Source: Hyphococcus sp. | GTDB lineage: Bacteria; Pseudomonadota; Alphaproteobacteria; Caulobacterales; Parvularculaceae | Assembly (NCBI GenBank): GCA_021776375.1 | Contig: JAJFGA010000046.1 | Span: 353-64,352, forward strand | DNA length: 64,000 bases | Direction of reading: 5' to 3' | Shown: positions 27,028-38,165 of the stretch, piece after piece | How positions within the stretch are numbered: the stretch's first letter is position 1 | Layout of the letters: every line of letters starts with the position of its first letter | Translations under genes and position numbers: made by a program | The notes under the pieces: generated by a model | What the model saw: the letters and a program-made list of their open reading frames with translations, nothing else | Told to the model about the DNA's origin: nothing | Databases searched by the model: none

Positions 27028-28134
27028 ATGATCAAGAGACGTCATCTTCTCGCGGGCGGCGTGGCGGGACTTGCTGCGGGCTGCGATTGCGGTGTTCCCG
27101 CCGGGCTTGAAACCATCAGCGGCGACATCCGTTCGCGCGAGTTAAAAATGGTGACCACCTGGCCGAAAGATTTTCCAGGCCTTGGAACCATGGCTGAACG
27201 CACCGCCCAGTTCATCACCGAAATGTCCGGCGGCGCCTTGCGCGTCAAGGTGTTTGCCGCTGGCGAGCTGGTCGGCGCTTTTGAAAGCTTCGATGCGGTC
27301 GCAAGCGGCGCGGCCGACCTCTATCACGGCGCTGAATATTACTGGGTCGGCAAATCGCCGGCTTTCGCTTTCTTCACCGCCGTGCCGTTCGGCATGACCG
27401 CTAATGAAATTTCCGCATGGACGGAGTTTGGCGGCGGCCAACAGCTTTGGGATGAGCTGTCTGCGAAGTTCAACATCAAACCCTTCGCCGCCGGCAATAC
27501 CGGCCACCAGCTCGCCGGCTGGTACAAACGCGAAATCAACTCGCTGGAAGATCTGCGCGGCATGAAAATCCGTATGCCCGGTCTTGGCGGCGAGGTTCTG
27601 CGCCGCATCGGCGCATCGGCGGTCGCGCTACCGGGCGGCGAGATTTATCAGGCGCTGCAATCAGGCGCTATTGACGGCACCGAATGGGTCGGCCCGTGGA
27701 ATGATCTTGCCTTCGGATTTTATGACCAGGCTAAATATTATTACTGGCCCGGCATTCACGAACCCGGCGCGCAGCTAGGCGTCGGCGTCAACCTCAATCT
27801 TTGGGAAGGTATGACCGCTCAGGAACAATCGATCATACAAGGCGCCTGCCAGCGCGCCAACTATCTGTCGATTGCCGAATATATTCATCACAACGCAACC
27901 GCGCTCGACCAATTGATCAACGATCACGAAGTGGAGCTGCGCCGTCTGCCTGACGACGTGTTGGGGGCGCTTGCCCGCGAGTCCAAAACTGTACTGGAAG
28001 AAACCGCCGCCACCGACGACATCTCCGGGCGGATATTTGAAAGTTACAAAACATCGCTGGACCGCAGCCAAGCCTGGAGTGGGATTTCTGACGAAGCCTT
28101 TATGAAGGTGCGACGCGAATTGTTTGAGTTTTAA
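27028..28134 (+). CDS. dctP: TRAP transporter substrate-binding protein (TakP-like)
   Basis: Tat-like RR leader, KMVTTWP, KIRMPGLGG, EWVGPWND, YWPGIHEP. Confidence 0.92.
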   Translation: MIKRRHLLAGGVAGLAAGCDCGVPAGLETISGDIRSRELKMVTTWPKDFPGLGTMAERTAQFITEMSGGALRVKVFAAGELVGAFESFDAVASGAADLYHGAEYYWVGKSPAFAFFTAVPFGMTANEISAWTEFGGGQQLWDELSAKFNIKPFAAGNTGHQLAGWYKREINSLEDLRGMKIRMPGLGGEVLRRIGASAVALPGGEIYQALQSGAIDGTEWVGPWNDLAFGFYDQAKYYYWPGIHEPGAQLGVGVNLNLWEGMTAQEQSIIQGACQRANYLSIAEYIHHNATALDQLINDHEVELRRLPDDVLGALARESKTVLEETAATDDISGRIFESYKTSLDRSQAWSGISDEAFMKVRRELFEF

Positions 28135-28137
28135 GCG

Positions 28138-28917
28138 ATGCTAAGCGTTGCTGGCAATATACTAAACTGGGCGGCGGCGGGCATTGTCTTTCCACTGATG
28201 TTTCTGCCGGCGGCGGCGCTGATCGCACGCGGGCGGGCGCGCTCTACCGCGGTATGGTTTGTGGTTGTCGCCGCGATCATCGCTGCGGGCATTACCTTTG
28301 CCGCATTGGCGCCGGCCCTGAGCACAGCGCCGCCAATGCAGATGCTACTGTTATATTTCGCCATCGTCACGGCGCTAGGCGGCGCCATACTCATCGCTGG
28401 AGGCCCAGCCTGCGTCATTGCACTGCTGTCGCCGCTGCTGGATGGCATTGTCCGCCGGATTGGCCGTGCTGTCATGTGGCTAGTCTTCGTGATGGCCGGA
28501 GTACAGTTCGGCATTGTCGTTTTACGCTACATATTTGGCGTCAATTCTATCTTCATGCAGGAATCGATTACCTACATGCATGGCGCAGTGTTTCTGCTCG
28601 CCGGCGGCTATGCGCTGTTGACCAACGATCATGTACGCGTCGATATTTTCTATCGCGACGCCGCGCCAAAGCGTAAAGCTCTGGCTGATTTCCTCGGAAC
28701 CTATTTTTTGTTATTCCCGGTGTGCCTGCTCTTACTGTGGACCGCCTCGCCCTATGTTGGCGCATCCTGGAGCGTCCTTGAAGGCTCGACGGAGACTTCG
28801 GGTATTCAGGGCGTTTACCTTTTGAAATCTCTAGTCCCGGCTTTCGCCATTCTCCTCGCCATGGCGGGCTTTACCAATGCTGCGCGCGCCGGCGAGATAT
28901 TAAAGGCGGGGGCGTAA
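28138..28917 (+). CDS. dctQ: TRAP transporter small permease
   Basis: VVLRYIF, QE, HVRVDIFY; operon position. Confidence 0.88.
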   Translation: MLSVAGNILNWAAAGIVFPLMFLPAAALIARGRARSTAVWFVVVAAIIAAGITFAALAPALSTAPPMQMLLLYFAIVTALGGAILIAGGPACVIALLSPLLDGIVRRIGRAVMWLVFVMAGVQFGIVVLRYIFGVNSIFMQESITYMHGAVFLLAGGYALLTNDHVRVDIFYRDAAPKRKALADFLGTYFLLFPVCLLLLWTASPYVGASWSVLEGSTETSGIQGVYLLKSLVPAFAILLAMAGFTNAARAGEILKAGA

Positions 28918-30543
28918 ATGGATTTCGTCATCGGCGATATGCATTTTTGTCTTTGCGCCGTTGCCGGCTGGCTCGACATCATCATGATCGTCGCTCTTTG
29001 CGCGATGCTGATGGCCGGGTTTCCGGTGGCTTTTTCTCTCGCCGGAACCGCACTGATATTCGCGGTCCTTGGCCTCACCTTTGGCGTCTTCGATCTCAGC
29101 TTTGTGCGTCCGTTCCCGCAGAGGGTGTTTGGCGCAGTCACCAATACAACACTCATCGCCGTGCCAATGTTCGTGCTGATGGGGGTGATCTTGGAGAAAT
29201 CAAAGATCGCCGAAGAATTGCTCGACGAGATGGCGAAACTATTCGGCTCGCTACGCGGCGGTCTCGGCATTTCGGTGACGATTGTCGGCGCGCTGCTCGC
29301 CGCCTCCACCGGCATTGTCGGCGCCACTGTCGTCACCATGGGGTTGCTCAGCCTGCCGACAATGTTGCGACGCGGCTATGACCCGGCCTTCGCCTGCGGC
29401 TCCATCGCCGCCGCCGGCACGCTTGGTCAGATTATTCCGCCCTCCATAGTGCTCATTCTCCTTGGCGATGTCATCTCGAACGCGTTTCAGCGCGCCCAGC
29501 TTGAACAAGGCAACATGTCGCCGGAAACGGTGTCGGTGGGACATTTGTTTGCCGGCGCGCTTATTCCCGGACTGATGTTAGTCGGGCTTTATCTCCTGTG
29601 GCAGGTTTTTGTCGCCGTTACCCAGCCGCAAAAGGCGCCGGCGATCCCCGCGGCCGAACTTGGCTCACGCCGCGAAGTCTGGATGGCGGCGATGAAGACG
29701 TTGCCGCCGCCACTGCTCCTCATCATCGCCGTCCTCGGCTCGATCCTTGCCGGCGTCGCCACCCCGACAGAAGCCGCCAGCGTCGGCGCGGTTGGCGCCT
29801 TATTGATCGCCGGATCGCGCCTGCGCCATAAGCCCGCCGCTATATTCACCGGGCGCCCCGCGATTTTCGCCGGCGCCGTCGCGATTTTCGGGCTTGTCGT
29901 GCTTACCAGCACGCTCGATCTGCGCTTGGGGCGCGCATCCGTTTCAGCGCTCGAAATGGTCGGCATCGTCGCCGCCTTCGCGCTGTTCGCCGCAGCGATA
30001 TGGTCTGTCCTGGTGGCGCTCGCGCGGCTTCACCATGTCAAAGTTCTCAGCCCCATCGCCGACCAGACCACGCGCGTCACCACCATGGTGTTCACCATCC
30101 TGATTGGCGCGGCGCTATTCTCGCTCGTCTTTCGTGGGCTTGGCGGCGATGATACGGTGCGTTCAGCGCTCGACGCCGCGCCCGGCGGTATTATCGGCGC
30201 CGTCCTCACTGTGATGTTAGTGATGTTCCTGCTCGGGTTCTTTCTCGACTTTATCGAGATCACGCTGGTGGTGGTGCCGCTGGTCGGCCCGCCGCTCCTC
30301 GCCATGGGTCTCGACCCGGTATGGCTCGGCGTGATGATGGCGATTAATCTGCAAACGTCGTTTTTAACCCCGCCCTTCGGCTTCGCCCTGTTTTACCTCC
30401 GCGGTGTCGCCCCGCCGGAAATCTCCACCGCTCAAATCTATCGCGGCGCTGTGCCGTTTATTTTTATTCAAATATTGGCGCTGGGCTTGTTGGCGCTATA
30501 TCCGGGGCTTGCGACGTGGCTGCCGGGTGTTTTGTATCAGTAG
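28918..30543 (+). CDS. dctM: TRAP transporter large permease
   Basis: GFPVAFSL, GTLGQIIPPS, ATPTEA, QTSFLTPPFG. Confidence 0.93.
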   Translation: MDFVIGDMHFCLCAVAGWLDIIMIVALCAMLMAGFPVAFSLAGTALIFAVLGLTFGVFDLSFVRPFPQRVFGAVTNTTLIAVPMFVLMGVILEKSKIAEELLDEMAKLFGSLRGGLGISVTIVGALLAASTGIVGATVVTMGLLSLPTMLRRGYDPAFACGSIAAAGTLGQIIPPSIVLILLGDVISNAFQRAQLEQGNMSPETVSVGHLFAGALIPGLMLVGLYLLWQVFVAVTQPQKAPAIPAAELGSRREVWMAAMKTLPPPLLLIIAVLGSILAGVATPTEAASVGAVGALLIAGSRLRHKPAAIFTGRPAIFAGAVAIFGLVVLTSTLDLRLGRASVSALEMVGIVAAFALFAAAIWSVLVALARLHHVKVLSPIADQTTRVTTMVFTILIGAALFSLVFRGLGGDDTVRSALDAAPGGIIGAVLTVMLVMFLLGFFLDFIEITLVVVPLVGPPLLAMGLDPVWLGVMMAINLQTSFLTPPFGFALFYLRGVAPPEISTAQIYRGAVPFIFIQILALGLLALYPGLATWLPGVLYQ

Positions 30544-30579
30544 GTGACATCATTTTAAGACAATTTATTCGGTGCTTGT

Positions 30580-31179
30580 ATGAATGAACACGATGAGACA
30601 GTTCAAATTCGATTCCAGTGGATGGTAGGCGACCTGAAAGGGCTAGAAAAACACCTGAAAGAAATTCTTAGGCACTCTGCACATCAAGTTATTTCATTTT
30701 CAGCTCGATTAACCGCTCTGTTTTTGACAGCCGGTGTCGCGTATTTTTTGCTTCCAGACGCGTCCCTTTTTATAGTTTTCTTGATCGCCATTGTCGGTTC
30801 AAACGCAACCTGGGTTTCCTGGGGCATGGAGATTTTAGCTTTAAAAAAATTAGAGCGGATGCAAGCCGACGATGCCCGCCGCGTAGGGTGGCATAACGTA
30901 AAATTTGATCGGAGCGGCGTAATTTGGTCTACAGACACGTCTCAAGAATATATTAGCTGGCTGGGCGTGAGTGAAATTATTGCTGACGATGAGGGTATTT
31001 GGATGAAAACTGGGGCGATCAACGGTCTCTACCTACCATCGCGAATATTTGAATCGGAGAAGCAACGTAGAGAAATTGCTAGCAAAATAAAATTTTTTAA
31101 GAAGCATCATACTCTACCTACGCACCAGCTCGATATCCTGCAGACAAGCACTGATGATGGTATCTATCGGCCGAACTAA
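30580..31179 (+). CDS. YcxB-like membrane protein
   Basis: Two TM segments and C-terminal ISW...LYLPSRIF; more AT-rich than neighbours. Confidence 0.6.
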   Translation: MNEHDETVQIRFQWMVGDLKGLEKHLKEILRHSAHQVISFSARLTALFLTAGVAYFLLPDASLFIVFLIAIVGSNATWVSWGMEILALKKLERMQADDARRVGWHNVKFDRSGVIWSTDTSQEYISWLGVSEIIADDEGIWMKTGAINGLYLPSRIFESEKQRREIASKIKFFKKHHTLPTHQLDILQTSTDDGIYRPN

Positions 31180-31191
31180 TCAAAACATCCG

Positions 31192-32157
31192 TTATACCAC
31201 GCCACCCCCAAAATCCACCAACGCCTCAATCCGCTTATCGATCGGCGGATGCGTGGCAAAGACGCCAGCGAAGCGTGCGGTATTTTCAACCATCATCTGT
31301 TGAATGTCGTTGGGGGCGTCGAATTTTGAGTGGCCGGAGATTTTCCGAAGCGCTGAAATCATCGCGTCGGGGTTGCGCGTCAGCTCAACCGAACCGGCGT
31401 CGGCGAGGAACTCGCGTTTGCGCGACAGCGCAAACCTGATCACCAGCGCCAACAAATATGCAATGACGATTAGCGCAACCGCGACCAGAATAAGGACGCC
31501 GCCGCCGCGGCTGTCGCCCTTGCGCGAACGCGTATACCCCCCGGCGCGCAGGCCGGTGCGGAACATGCTGCGAAACACCAGCTCGCCGAAGAATGAAAAT
31601 ATCCCGACAAAGATCACCGAAACAATAAGCAGGCGGACATCGCGGTTCATGATATGGGTCAGCTCATGGGCGAGCACCGCCTCGATTTCGTCCTTGTCCA
31701 ATGTATCAATCAGCCCGCGCGTCACCGTCACTTTGTAACTCTTGTCGGTGAGGCCGCTGGCAAAAGCGTTCAGCGCTGGCGTCTCAACAATATTGAGGCT
31801 TGGCATGGTAATGCCGCGAGCGATGCAAAGGTTTTCAAGCAAGTTATAAAGTTCCGGCGCTTCCTTACGCGACAGCCCGCGCGCGCCGACCGAAAGCTCG
31901 ATGATTTTCTGATAGGAAATCCAGGCGATGAAAAACCAAACGCCCGCGCCAAGAAAAGCAAACGGCCAGATGCGCTTCAGATGGCCGAACGCCAGCGCAA
32001 GCCCTTCGCCAACGCTGTAAATCGGCTGACTTACGGCGACATAGCCCACCGCCAGGCCGTACATCAAAATTAGGAGCAGCACCGGAAAGCCCGCCATCAA
32101 GGCGACGGACTTTAGGTTGTTATTCCAGATATGGGTTTGCAGGCCGAAGGCGCCCAT
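31192..32157 (-). CDS. htpX: M48 zinc protease, HtpX-like
   Basis: NAFASG, AVLAHELTHI, SRKREFLAD, FATHPP. Confidence 0.9.
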   Translation of the reverse strand: MGAFGLQTHIWNNNLKSVALMAGFPVLLLILMYGLAVGYVAVSQPIYSVGEGLALAFGHLKRIWPFAFLGAGVWFFIAWISYQKIIELSVGARGLSRKEAPELYNLLENLCIARGITMPSLNIVETPALNAFASGLTDKSYKVTVTRGLIDTLDKDEIEAVLAHELTHIMNRDVRLLIVSVIFVGIFSFFGELVFRSMFRTGLRAGGYTRSRKGDSRGGGVLILVAVALIVIAYLLALVIRFALSRKREFLADAGSVELTRNPDAMISALRKISGHSKFDAPNDIQQMMVENTARFAGVFATHPPIDKRIEALVDFGGGVV

Positions 32158-32160
32158 GGC

Positions 32161-32850
32161 TCAGCTGCCCTGAAACGCATAGGCGCTGACCGCAGCAGCA
32201 TGCAGCGCGGTCGTATCGAACACCGGCAGGTCAACATACTCCTCGGACAAAATCATGCACAGCTCGGTGCATCCGAGAATAACGCCGTCGCCGCCGTGGC
32301 GGCCAATGATCGCCTGCAAAGCAGCGCGCGAGGGCTCGCGCACTTCGCCATTGACCAGTTCATCAAGAATGATGCGGCCAATCTCTCCTTGTTCCTCCTT
32401 GGTCGGAACAAGCACATCGCCGCCATAACGCTGCGCCAATGCCGGGAGGTAGTGTTCGCCGTTCATGACCACGGGTGTTCCGAGCAGCAGCGGCTTTTTT
32501 GCGCCGGTGCTGTTCAAGGCGTCAGTCAGAGCGTCAAGGACGTGGATAAGCGGAAGCCCGGTCGCTTCTTGCGCCGCGTCTGCTGCAACATGGGTCGTGT
32601 TCGACGAGATCGCCAACGCCTCAACTCCGGCAGCGGCCAGGTGGTTTGCGCCCTTGACCACTTCGGCGATAAAAGAAGGCCAGTCCCTGGCGTCGTAATG
32701 ACGGATCATGGTCCCGTAATCGAGCGCGTAAAGAAGAATATTCGCCGAATGCTCACCGCCAAGGCGCGCCCGCGCCGCTTCATTGAGCAGGCGATAATAA
32801 ATCATGGTCGATTCGGTGCTAACGCCGCCGATGAGGCCGATAAGTTTCAT
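32161..32850 (-). CDS. Aspartate/glutamate racemase family protein
   Basis: IGLIGGVSTEST, SNTTH, ILGCTEL, FDTTALH. Confidence 0.9.
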   Translation of the reverse strand: MKLIGLIGGVSTESTMIYYRLLNEAARARLGGEHSANILLYALDYGTMIRHYDARDWPSFIAEVVKGANHLAAAGVEALAISSNTTHVAADAAQEATGLPLIHVLDALTDALNSTGAKKPLLLGTPVVMNGEHYLPALAQRYGGDVLVPTKEEQGEIGRIILDELVNGEVREPSRAALQAIIGRHGGDGVILGCTELCMILSEEYVDLPVFDTTALHAAAVSAYAFQGS

Positions 32851-33461
32851 TGCATTGCCTCCGCCGGACGCATCATGCCTAACAGCGTCGGCGCGCCCGC
32901 CGGCAATCCGAGCGGCGCTAGCGCTTTAAACCCTAGCCGTTGATACAGCGGCGTGTTTTTGGGATTTGAGTTCTCCAGATAGGCCGGCGCGCCCGCAGCG
33001 TCGGCGAGCGCCAACCCCTCGCGAATGATACGCCCGCCGAGGCCTTTGCCCTTCATCTTCTCGCGCACGCCCACAGCGAACAGATAAAAATGCGGCGTCT
33101 CGGGGTGGCTCGCCTGCATAACTTGATCCGTCACCCACCCCCGCTGCAATGCGCCAAAGCCACCACTTTGAAGAGCGCACCACAACACGCGCAAATCGCT
33201 CATCAGCGATGACTTTGCTTTAACATGCGCCGGCATCCACAACGCAGCCGCGCTATCTTCTACAACATGGCCAAAACCGTGGCGCAGATAAACGCTTTGG
33301 GCTATTTCCAGAAAAGTCGTCCGTTGCGGATGCGTATTGCCATACATCCAGACCATCACCGGATCATGGCTAAACGCCTCGGCAAGAATGTCTGCAACCT
33401 GATCTGCATCACCCATACTGGCGCTGCGAATATCCGGCTGCGAAAATGCATTCTGCTCCAT
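32847..33461 (-). CDS. GNAT N-acetyltransferase
   Basis: HFYLFAVGV..KGKGLG, AYLENSNPKNTPLYQRLGF. Confidence 0.9.
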   Translation of the reverse strand: MEQNAFSQPDIRSASMGDADQVADILAEAFSHDPVMVWMYGNTHPQRTTFLEIAQSVYLRHGFGHVVEDSAAALWMPAHVKAKSSLMSDLRVLWCALQSGGFGALQRGWVTDQVMQASHPETPHFYLFAVGVREKMKGKGLGGRIIREGLALADAAGAPAYLENSNPKNTPLYQRLGFKALAPLGLPAGAPTLLGMMRPAEAMQ

Positions 33462-33467
33462 CGCGTT

Positions 33468-34031
33468 CTAAAACTTCACGTCCGGCGCCGCTTCAATCTG
33501 TGCACGGCTGATTTCCGGCACTTCAAAATATTCTTTCGCAGAGAAACCGCCCAAAGGCGCTACGAGGTTGCCCGGAATTTGCTGAATCGATGTATTAAAT
33601 TCCTGCACCGCATTGTTGAAGAAACGCCGCGCCGCGGCGATCTTGTTTTCAACATCGGAAAGCTCGCGCTGCAGCTCCAGAAAGTTGGTGTTGGCTTTAA
33701 GGTCGGGATAGGCCTCCGCCAGCGCGAACAGCTTGCCAATGGCCGCGCCGAGAACGCCTTCGGCCGCGCCCTGCGCCGCCGGGCCATGGGCGGACTGCGC
33801 GGCGTTGCGCGCCGATATTACCGCATCCAGCGTGTCTTTTTCGTGCGCGGCATATCCCTTCACTGTTTCAACCAGGTTAGGGATCAGGTCGTGGCGCAAT
33901 TTTAACTGCACATCGACATCGGCAAAGGACTGTTCGGTACGCTGGCTAAGAGCAACGATGCGGTTGTAAATCGTAACGACAAAAATAACGATCGCGACAA
34001 TGAGCAGGATAAAAATCAAAAAACCGGACAT
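33468..34031 (-). CDS. lemA: LemA family protein
   Basis: DVQLKLRHDLIPNLVETVKGYA, EAYPDLKAN; AAGGAG RBS before ATG 34031. Confidence 0.95.
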   Translation of the reverse strand: MSGFLIFILLIVAIVIFVVTIYNRIVALSQRTEQSFADVDVQLKLRHDLIPNLVETVKGYAAHEKDTLDAVISARNAAQSAHGPAAQGAAEGVLGAAIGKLFALAEAYPDLKANTNFLELQRELSDVENKIAAARRFFNNAVQEFNTSIQQIPGNLVAPLGGFSAKEYFEVPEISRAQIEAAPDVKF

Positions 34032-34217
34032 GCGATCTCCTTTTTTATTTGGCGCGCCAACGCTGAGTAACAAAACCCTAAATTATTCGAAACCTTGGCG
34101 TGCGCCGAAATTTGCAGAGCAATGGTAGAGTGTTCGCCGCGGCCGGGCAATCACCGAGGCGAACCGTCCATAGCCCTTCGGGACCAGATGGCGCCCGCAT
34201 GATCCGGGTTGACGGCC

Positions 34218-34991
34218 TTATTGCGCGGTGATCCCGCCGTCGATCTTGAATTCAGACGCGGTGACAAAACGCGATTCGTCCGACGCCAGATACAAGATGC
34301 AATAGCCCACATCTTCAGGCTCGCCGAGACGTTGCAAAGGGATCTGCTTGACCAGGCGCCGTTCACCCTCCTCACCGCCGCCGCCGAGTTGGACCAGGGG
34401 ATCGATAATCGGCGTACGGGTGAAAACCGGGTGCACCGAGTTACAGCGAATATCATAGCCTGACCGCGCGCAGTGAAGTGCAATCGACTTCGACATCATC
34501 CAAACTGCGGCCTTGGCGGCGTTGTATGAAAGCATCATACCGTCGGCGATCAATCCGGCGACAGATGAAATATTGATAATCGAGCCCGGCTGATTGTCTT
34601 TCAGATACGGCATGGCGAGCTGGGTGCCGATGAAAATCGAATCGACATCGATTTCCTGGGTGCGCCGCCAGCCTTCCCATGTCTCGGTCTCAATACTGCC
34701 AGCCGTGCCAATACCAGCATTGTTGATAAGAACACTGATCCCACCCATCGCTTCCGCGGCCGTTCCTAGCGCATCAACCCAGTCATCTTTGCTGGTAACG
34801 TCATGCTTGATCGCAATCGCCGCGCCAGGATGCGCTTCATTGATCGCCGCGGCGGTCGCTTTCGCGCCGTCATAATTAATGTCGGTGAGCGCAACTTTCG
34901 CGCCCTCATCGGCAAGCATACGCCCGAAACAGGCGCCGAGCCCCTGCGCGCCACCGGTAATGACTACTTTTTTGCCTGATACGCGCGCCAT
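34218..34991 (-). CDS. SDR oxidoreductase (cyclopentanol/steroid dehydrogenase-like)
   Basis: TGGAQGLG, NNAG, YNAAK. Confidence 0.92.
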   Translation of the reverse strand: MARVSGKKVVITGGAQGLGACFGRMLADEGAKVALTDINYDGAKATAAAINEAHPGAAIAIKHDVTSKDDWVDALGTAAEAMGGISVLINNAGIGTAGSIETETWEGWRRTQEIDVDSIFIGTQLAMPYLKDNQPGSIINISSVAGLIADGMMLSYNAAKAAVWMMSKSIALHCARSGYDIRCNSVHPVFTRTPIIDPLVQLGGGGEEGERRLVKQIPLQRLGEPEDVGYCILYLASDESRFVTASEFKIDGGITAQ

Positions 34992-35117
34992 AAAAGTCTC
35001 CCTGATGAAGCGCGCAGGATAACGTTATCGCCCGTCCGGTAAACCATCGATTACAGCTGACACGTTAGGCTATGTACGAAAATTACGCAGCAACCGGCGA
35101 TGCGCAATCTTCGCCGA

Positions 35118-35441
35118 CTATCCCTCTTCCTGGAGCTGGTTCATCGCCGCCGCCATGAACTCGTCCATGTGGCGGCGGATCTGGTGGTCGGACTGGTCAA
35201 CACTGTTGGCATCAAAATCGGCGCGAATTTTCCTGAAAACATCCTCGTCGCCAGCCTCTTCGAGGTCGGCCTTGATCACTTCGCGGGCATAGGCCTCCGC
35301 GTCCTTGCCGTGCCTACCGAGCAGCTCTGCAGCCCACAGGCCTAGCAACTTGTTGCGGCGCGCCTCGGCCTTGAACCGCAATGTTGCGTCATGGGCGAAT
35401 TTCTTCTCATATTTGTCTTCGCGGTCGTCAAAGGTCGTCAT
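35118..35441 (-). CDS. DUF1476 protein (F1Fo ATPase inhibitor zeta subunit family)
   Basis: MTTFDDRE..YEKKFAHD..FKAEARRNKLLGLWAA. Confidence 0.92.
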   Translation of the reverse strand: MTTFDDREDKYEKKFAHDATLRFKAEARRNKLLGLWAAELLGRHGKDAEAYAREVIKADLEEAGDEDVFRKIRADFDANSVDQSDHQIRRHMDEFMAAAMNQLQEEG

Positions 35442-35705
35442 TCAACACTCTCCAAAACACGGGCGCTTGCTCGTCCCTTAAGGTTACTTATAGGCGGTTT
35501 GGGGCCTTCGCAATGCGGTGGCGCGAGGTGATTTTAACAAAGTCCTTTTCAAGGCGGTCTCGAAGCCCTAAATCCCGCTTCTCCATCCGCCCGAGGCGTG
35601 CTAGCGAGACCTTAGCCGACCCATGCAACCGAGTCGCACCGGGCCGCCGTCTCCGTATCCAGATCGCTAAAAAGACCCGCATAAGACTTTGAAAGGACTA
35701 CCAAA

Positions 35706-36482
35706 ATGGCCCGCCGAAAACAGATTTACGAAGGCAAGGCCAAAATCCTTTTTGAGGGGCCGGAACCGGGCACAATCATCCAATATTTCAAAGACGATGC
35801 GACGGCATTTAACAACAAAAAGCACGCCGTCCTTGAAGGCAAAGGCGTCCTCAACAACCGCATCTCTGAATTCGTCATGGTTGGGCTTGAGCGCATCGGC
35901 ATCCCGACACATTTCATTCGCCGCCTCAATATGCGCGAACAGCTTGTCCGCCAGGTGGAGATTATCCCGCTTGAGGTGGTCGTGCGCAATGTCGCCGCCG
36001 GGTCGCTAGCGAAACGGCTTGGGCTGGAAGATGGCACGCCCCTGCCGCGCTCAATCATCGAGTGTTATTACAAAGACGACAAGCTCGGCGACCCGCTGGT
36101 TGCCGAAGAACACATCACCGCCTTCAACTGGGCCAGCCCCCAGGAGATCGACGACATGATGGCGCTTGGGTTGCGGATCAATGACTTCCTCGCAGGGCTG
36201 TTCGCCGGCGTCGGCATCAAGCTGGTCGATTTCAAAGTCGAATTCGGCCGCCAATATGAAGGCGACCTCATGCGCCTCCTGGTCGCCGACGAAATCAGCC
36301 CCGACTCATGCCGCCTGTGGGACATGGAAACCAACGACATCATGGACAAGGACCGTTTCCGTAAAGACCTCGGCAACGTCACCGACGCTTATCGCGAAGT
36401 CGCACGCCGCCTCGGGGTCCTGCGCGAGAACGAAAACACCGGCGCCCAAGGGCCGGTGCTGGTGAGCGATAACGGGGATTAA
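35706..36482 (+). CDS. purC: SAICAR synthase
   Basis: [43 protein letters not shown]. Confidence 0.97.
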   Translation: MARRKQIYEGKAKILFEGPEPGTIIQYFKDDATAFNNKKHAVLEGKGVLNNRISEFVMVGLERIGIPTHFIRRLNMREQLVRQVEIIPLEVVVRNVAAGSLAKRLGLEDGTPLPRSIIECYYKDDKLGDPLVAEEHITAFNWASPQEIDDMMALGLRINDFLAGLFAGVGIKLVDFKVEFGRQYEGDLMRLLVADEISPDSCRLWDMETNDIMDKDRFRKDLGNVTDAYREVARRLGVLRENENTGAQGPVLVSDNGD

Positions 36483-36589
36483 TCCCTCTCCCAAAGCCAA
36501 CCGTCGCAACAGTTGCGCTTTTGACTTCACTCAAGCCTAAATAGCGCCCTTGATTGACCTGACGGCTAAATCTTCGGGGGCGCTTAATC

Positions 36590-38014
36590 TCACTCCTCGG
36601 CTTTCGGCCCCGCCAGTTCCTTGATCATGATGATCCAGTGATCGAGCCCGCCGTAAAACGAGCTCACCAGTCGACGCTCATTGAGCCCATGCGCGTGGGA
36701 CGACTCACCGAATTTACCAAACCCTGCCCCGACCCCGTAGGTCGGGACGCCAGCGCGACGGAAATGCATGCCGTCAGTGCCGCCTGAACTCATCGCCGGT
36801 ACAATTTTGATATCCGGATAGCGCGCACTCAGCGCCTTCAAAAGCGCGGCGTTAATATCGTCACGCGGCGTTGACGCTGGGCTTGCTACATAGTCGTCTC
36901 TGGCTGGCTGCACTTCCAGTGCATCATTGCCAATGACTTCGACCAGCGCCTGGCGCACGGTGTCGATCTCAATGCCTGGAAAAATCCGGCAATTGACTTT
37001 CGCCATCGCCGATTGCGGCAAGGCGTTATCGGCGTGACCGGCCTCCAGCATGGTTGCAACGCATGTGGTGTTCAAAATATTGGCGTAGTCCTTGCTCGCG
37101 CGAATGGTTTTGATCGCCTTCTTGCTCGCAGGGTTTTCTGAAAATTTGATCAGCGCCGCACCCAGCTTATCGTCCATCTCTTCGCCATCAGCGCGCGCCG
37201 CCGCGCGGGTGATTTCATTGGACATGACAGGGAATTGATAGGCTTCGATTTTCAACAGCGCCTTGGCGAGATCATAGATGGCGTTGTCGGCGCGGGGGCG
37301 CGAGGAATGCCCACCTGGATTGCGCGCGGTGATATTGAATGTGGCGTAGGTCTTTTCCGCAGCCTGCATATAGAATGGAAGCGTCGTCCCATCTTCCAGG
37401 ATCGCACTGCCGCCCGCATCGGAATTCAATGCATATTCCGCATCGGTTAAATCCTTGCGGTCATAGGCAAGCATGCGCGTGGTCGTCATGCCGGTTTCTT
37501 CGTCGCCGCTAAAGACGAGAATGAGATCGCGCGTCGGCGTAAAGCCCTCTTTTTTCAGACGCATGAACGTTTGCGTGAGATTGACGACGCCCGTTTTATT
37601 GTCAGACGTCCCCCGGCCGAGGAAATACCCGTCTTCTTCACGCAAAGTGAACGGGTCATGCTCCCAGTCGTCGCGGATAGCATCGACCACATCCATATGG
37701 GCGAGGAATAAAATGGGTTTGGCGTTCGCCGATCCGTCGCCGCGATAGCGAACAACCAGCGCCGCTGTTTCTTTCACGGGGATGATATGAATGTCTTCTG
37801 TAGCGAACCCCGCAGATTCAAGCTCGCCCGCCAGATAGGCCGCCATGGCCGGCACATTTCCATGGCCCTCGGCGGTGCGCATGGCGATCACGGTTTGGTA
37901 GATTTCCCGCGCCTTGGCTTGCGCCGGGGTCAGCTCGTGATGGGCAGCCTCGGCGGCGAAGGTGGAAATAAACACGCAGGCGGCAGCGCTTAAAAATGTG
38001 CGAATCATCAACAT
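36590..38014 (-). CDS. Secreted M20/M25/M40 metallopeptidase
   Basis: Signal peptide; AHMDVV, GRGTSDNK, GDEE, GGHSS, HAHGLNER. Confidence 0.9.
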   Translation of the reverse strand: MLMIRTFLSAAACVFISTFAAEAAHHELTPAQAKAREIYQTVIAMRTAEGHGNVPAMAAYLAGELESAGFATEDIHIIPVKETAALVVRYRGDGSANAKPILFLAHMDVVDAIRDDWEHDPFTLREEDGYFLGRGTSDNKTGVVNLTQTFMRLKKEGFTPTRDLILVFSGDEETGMTTTRMLAYDRKDLTDAEYALNSDAGGSAILEDGTTLPFYMQAAEKTYATFNITARNPGGHSSRPRADNAIYDLAKALLKIEAYQFPVMSNEITRAAARADGEEMDDKLGAALIKFSENPASKKAIKTIRASKDYANILNTTCVATMLEAGHADNALPQSAMAKVNCRIFPGIEIDTVRQALVEVIGNDALEVQPARDDYVASPASTPRDDINAALLKALSARYPDIKIVPAMSSGGTDGMHFRRAGVPTYGVGAGFGKFGESSHAHGLNERRLVSSFYGGLDHWIIMIKELAGPKAEE

Positions 38015-38165
38015 CCCCTGTTTCTTCGGTTGGCGCGACCATAGGTCGAAATCTTGGGCTACTGCAATGGTTGGGGCAGTGGTTGGTTTGAACCCAGTTG
38101 CCTGCCGGCGCCGTCCAGCGTATGGCCTGTGGTAAATACATAGACGGCAATGGCGGGAAAGACCG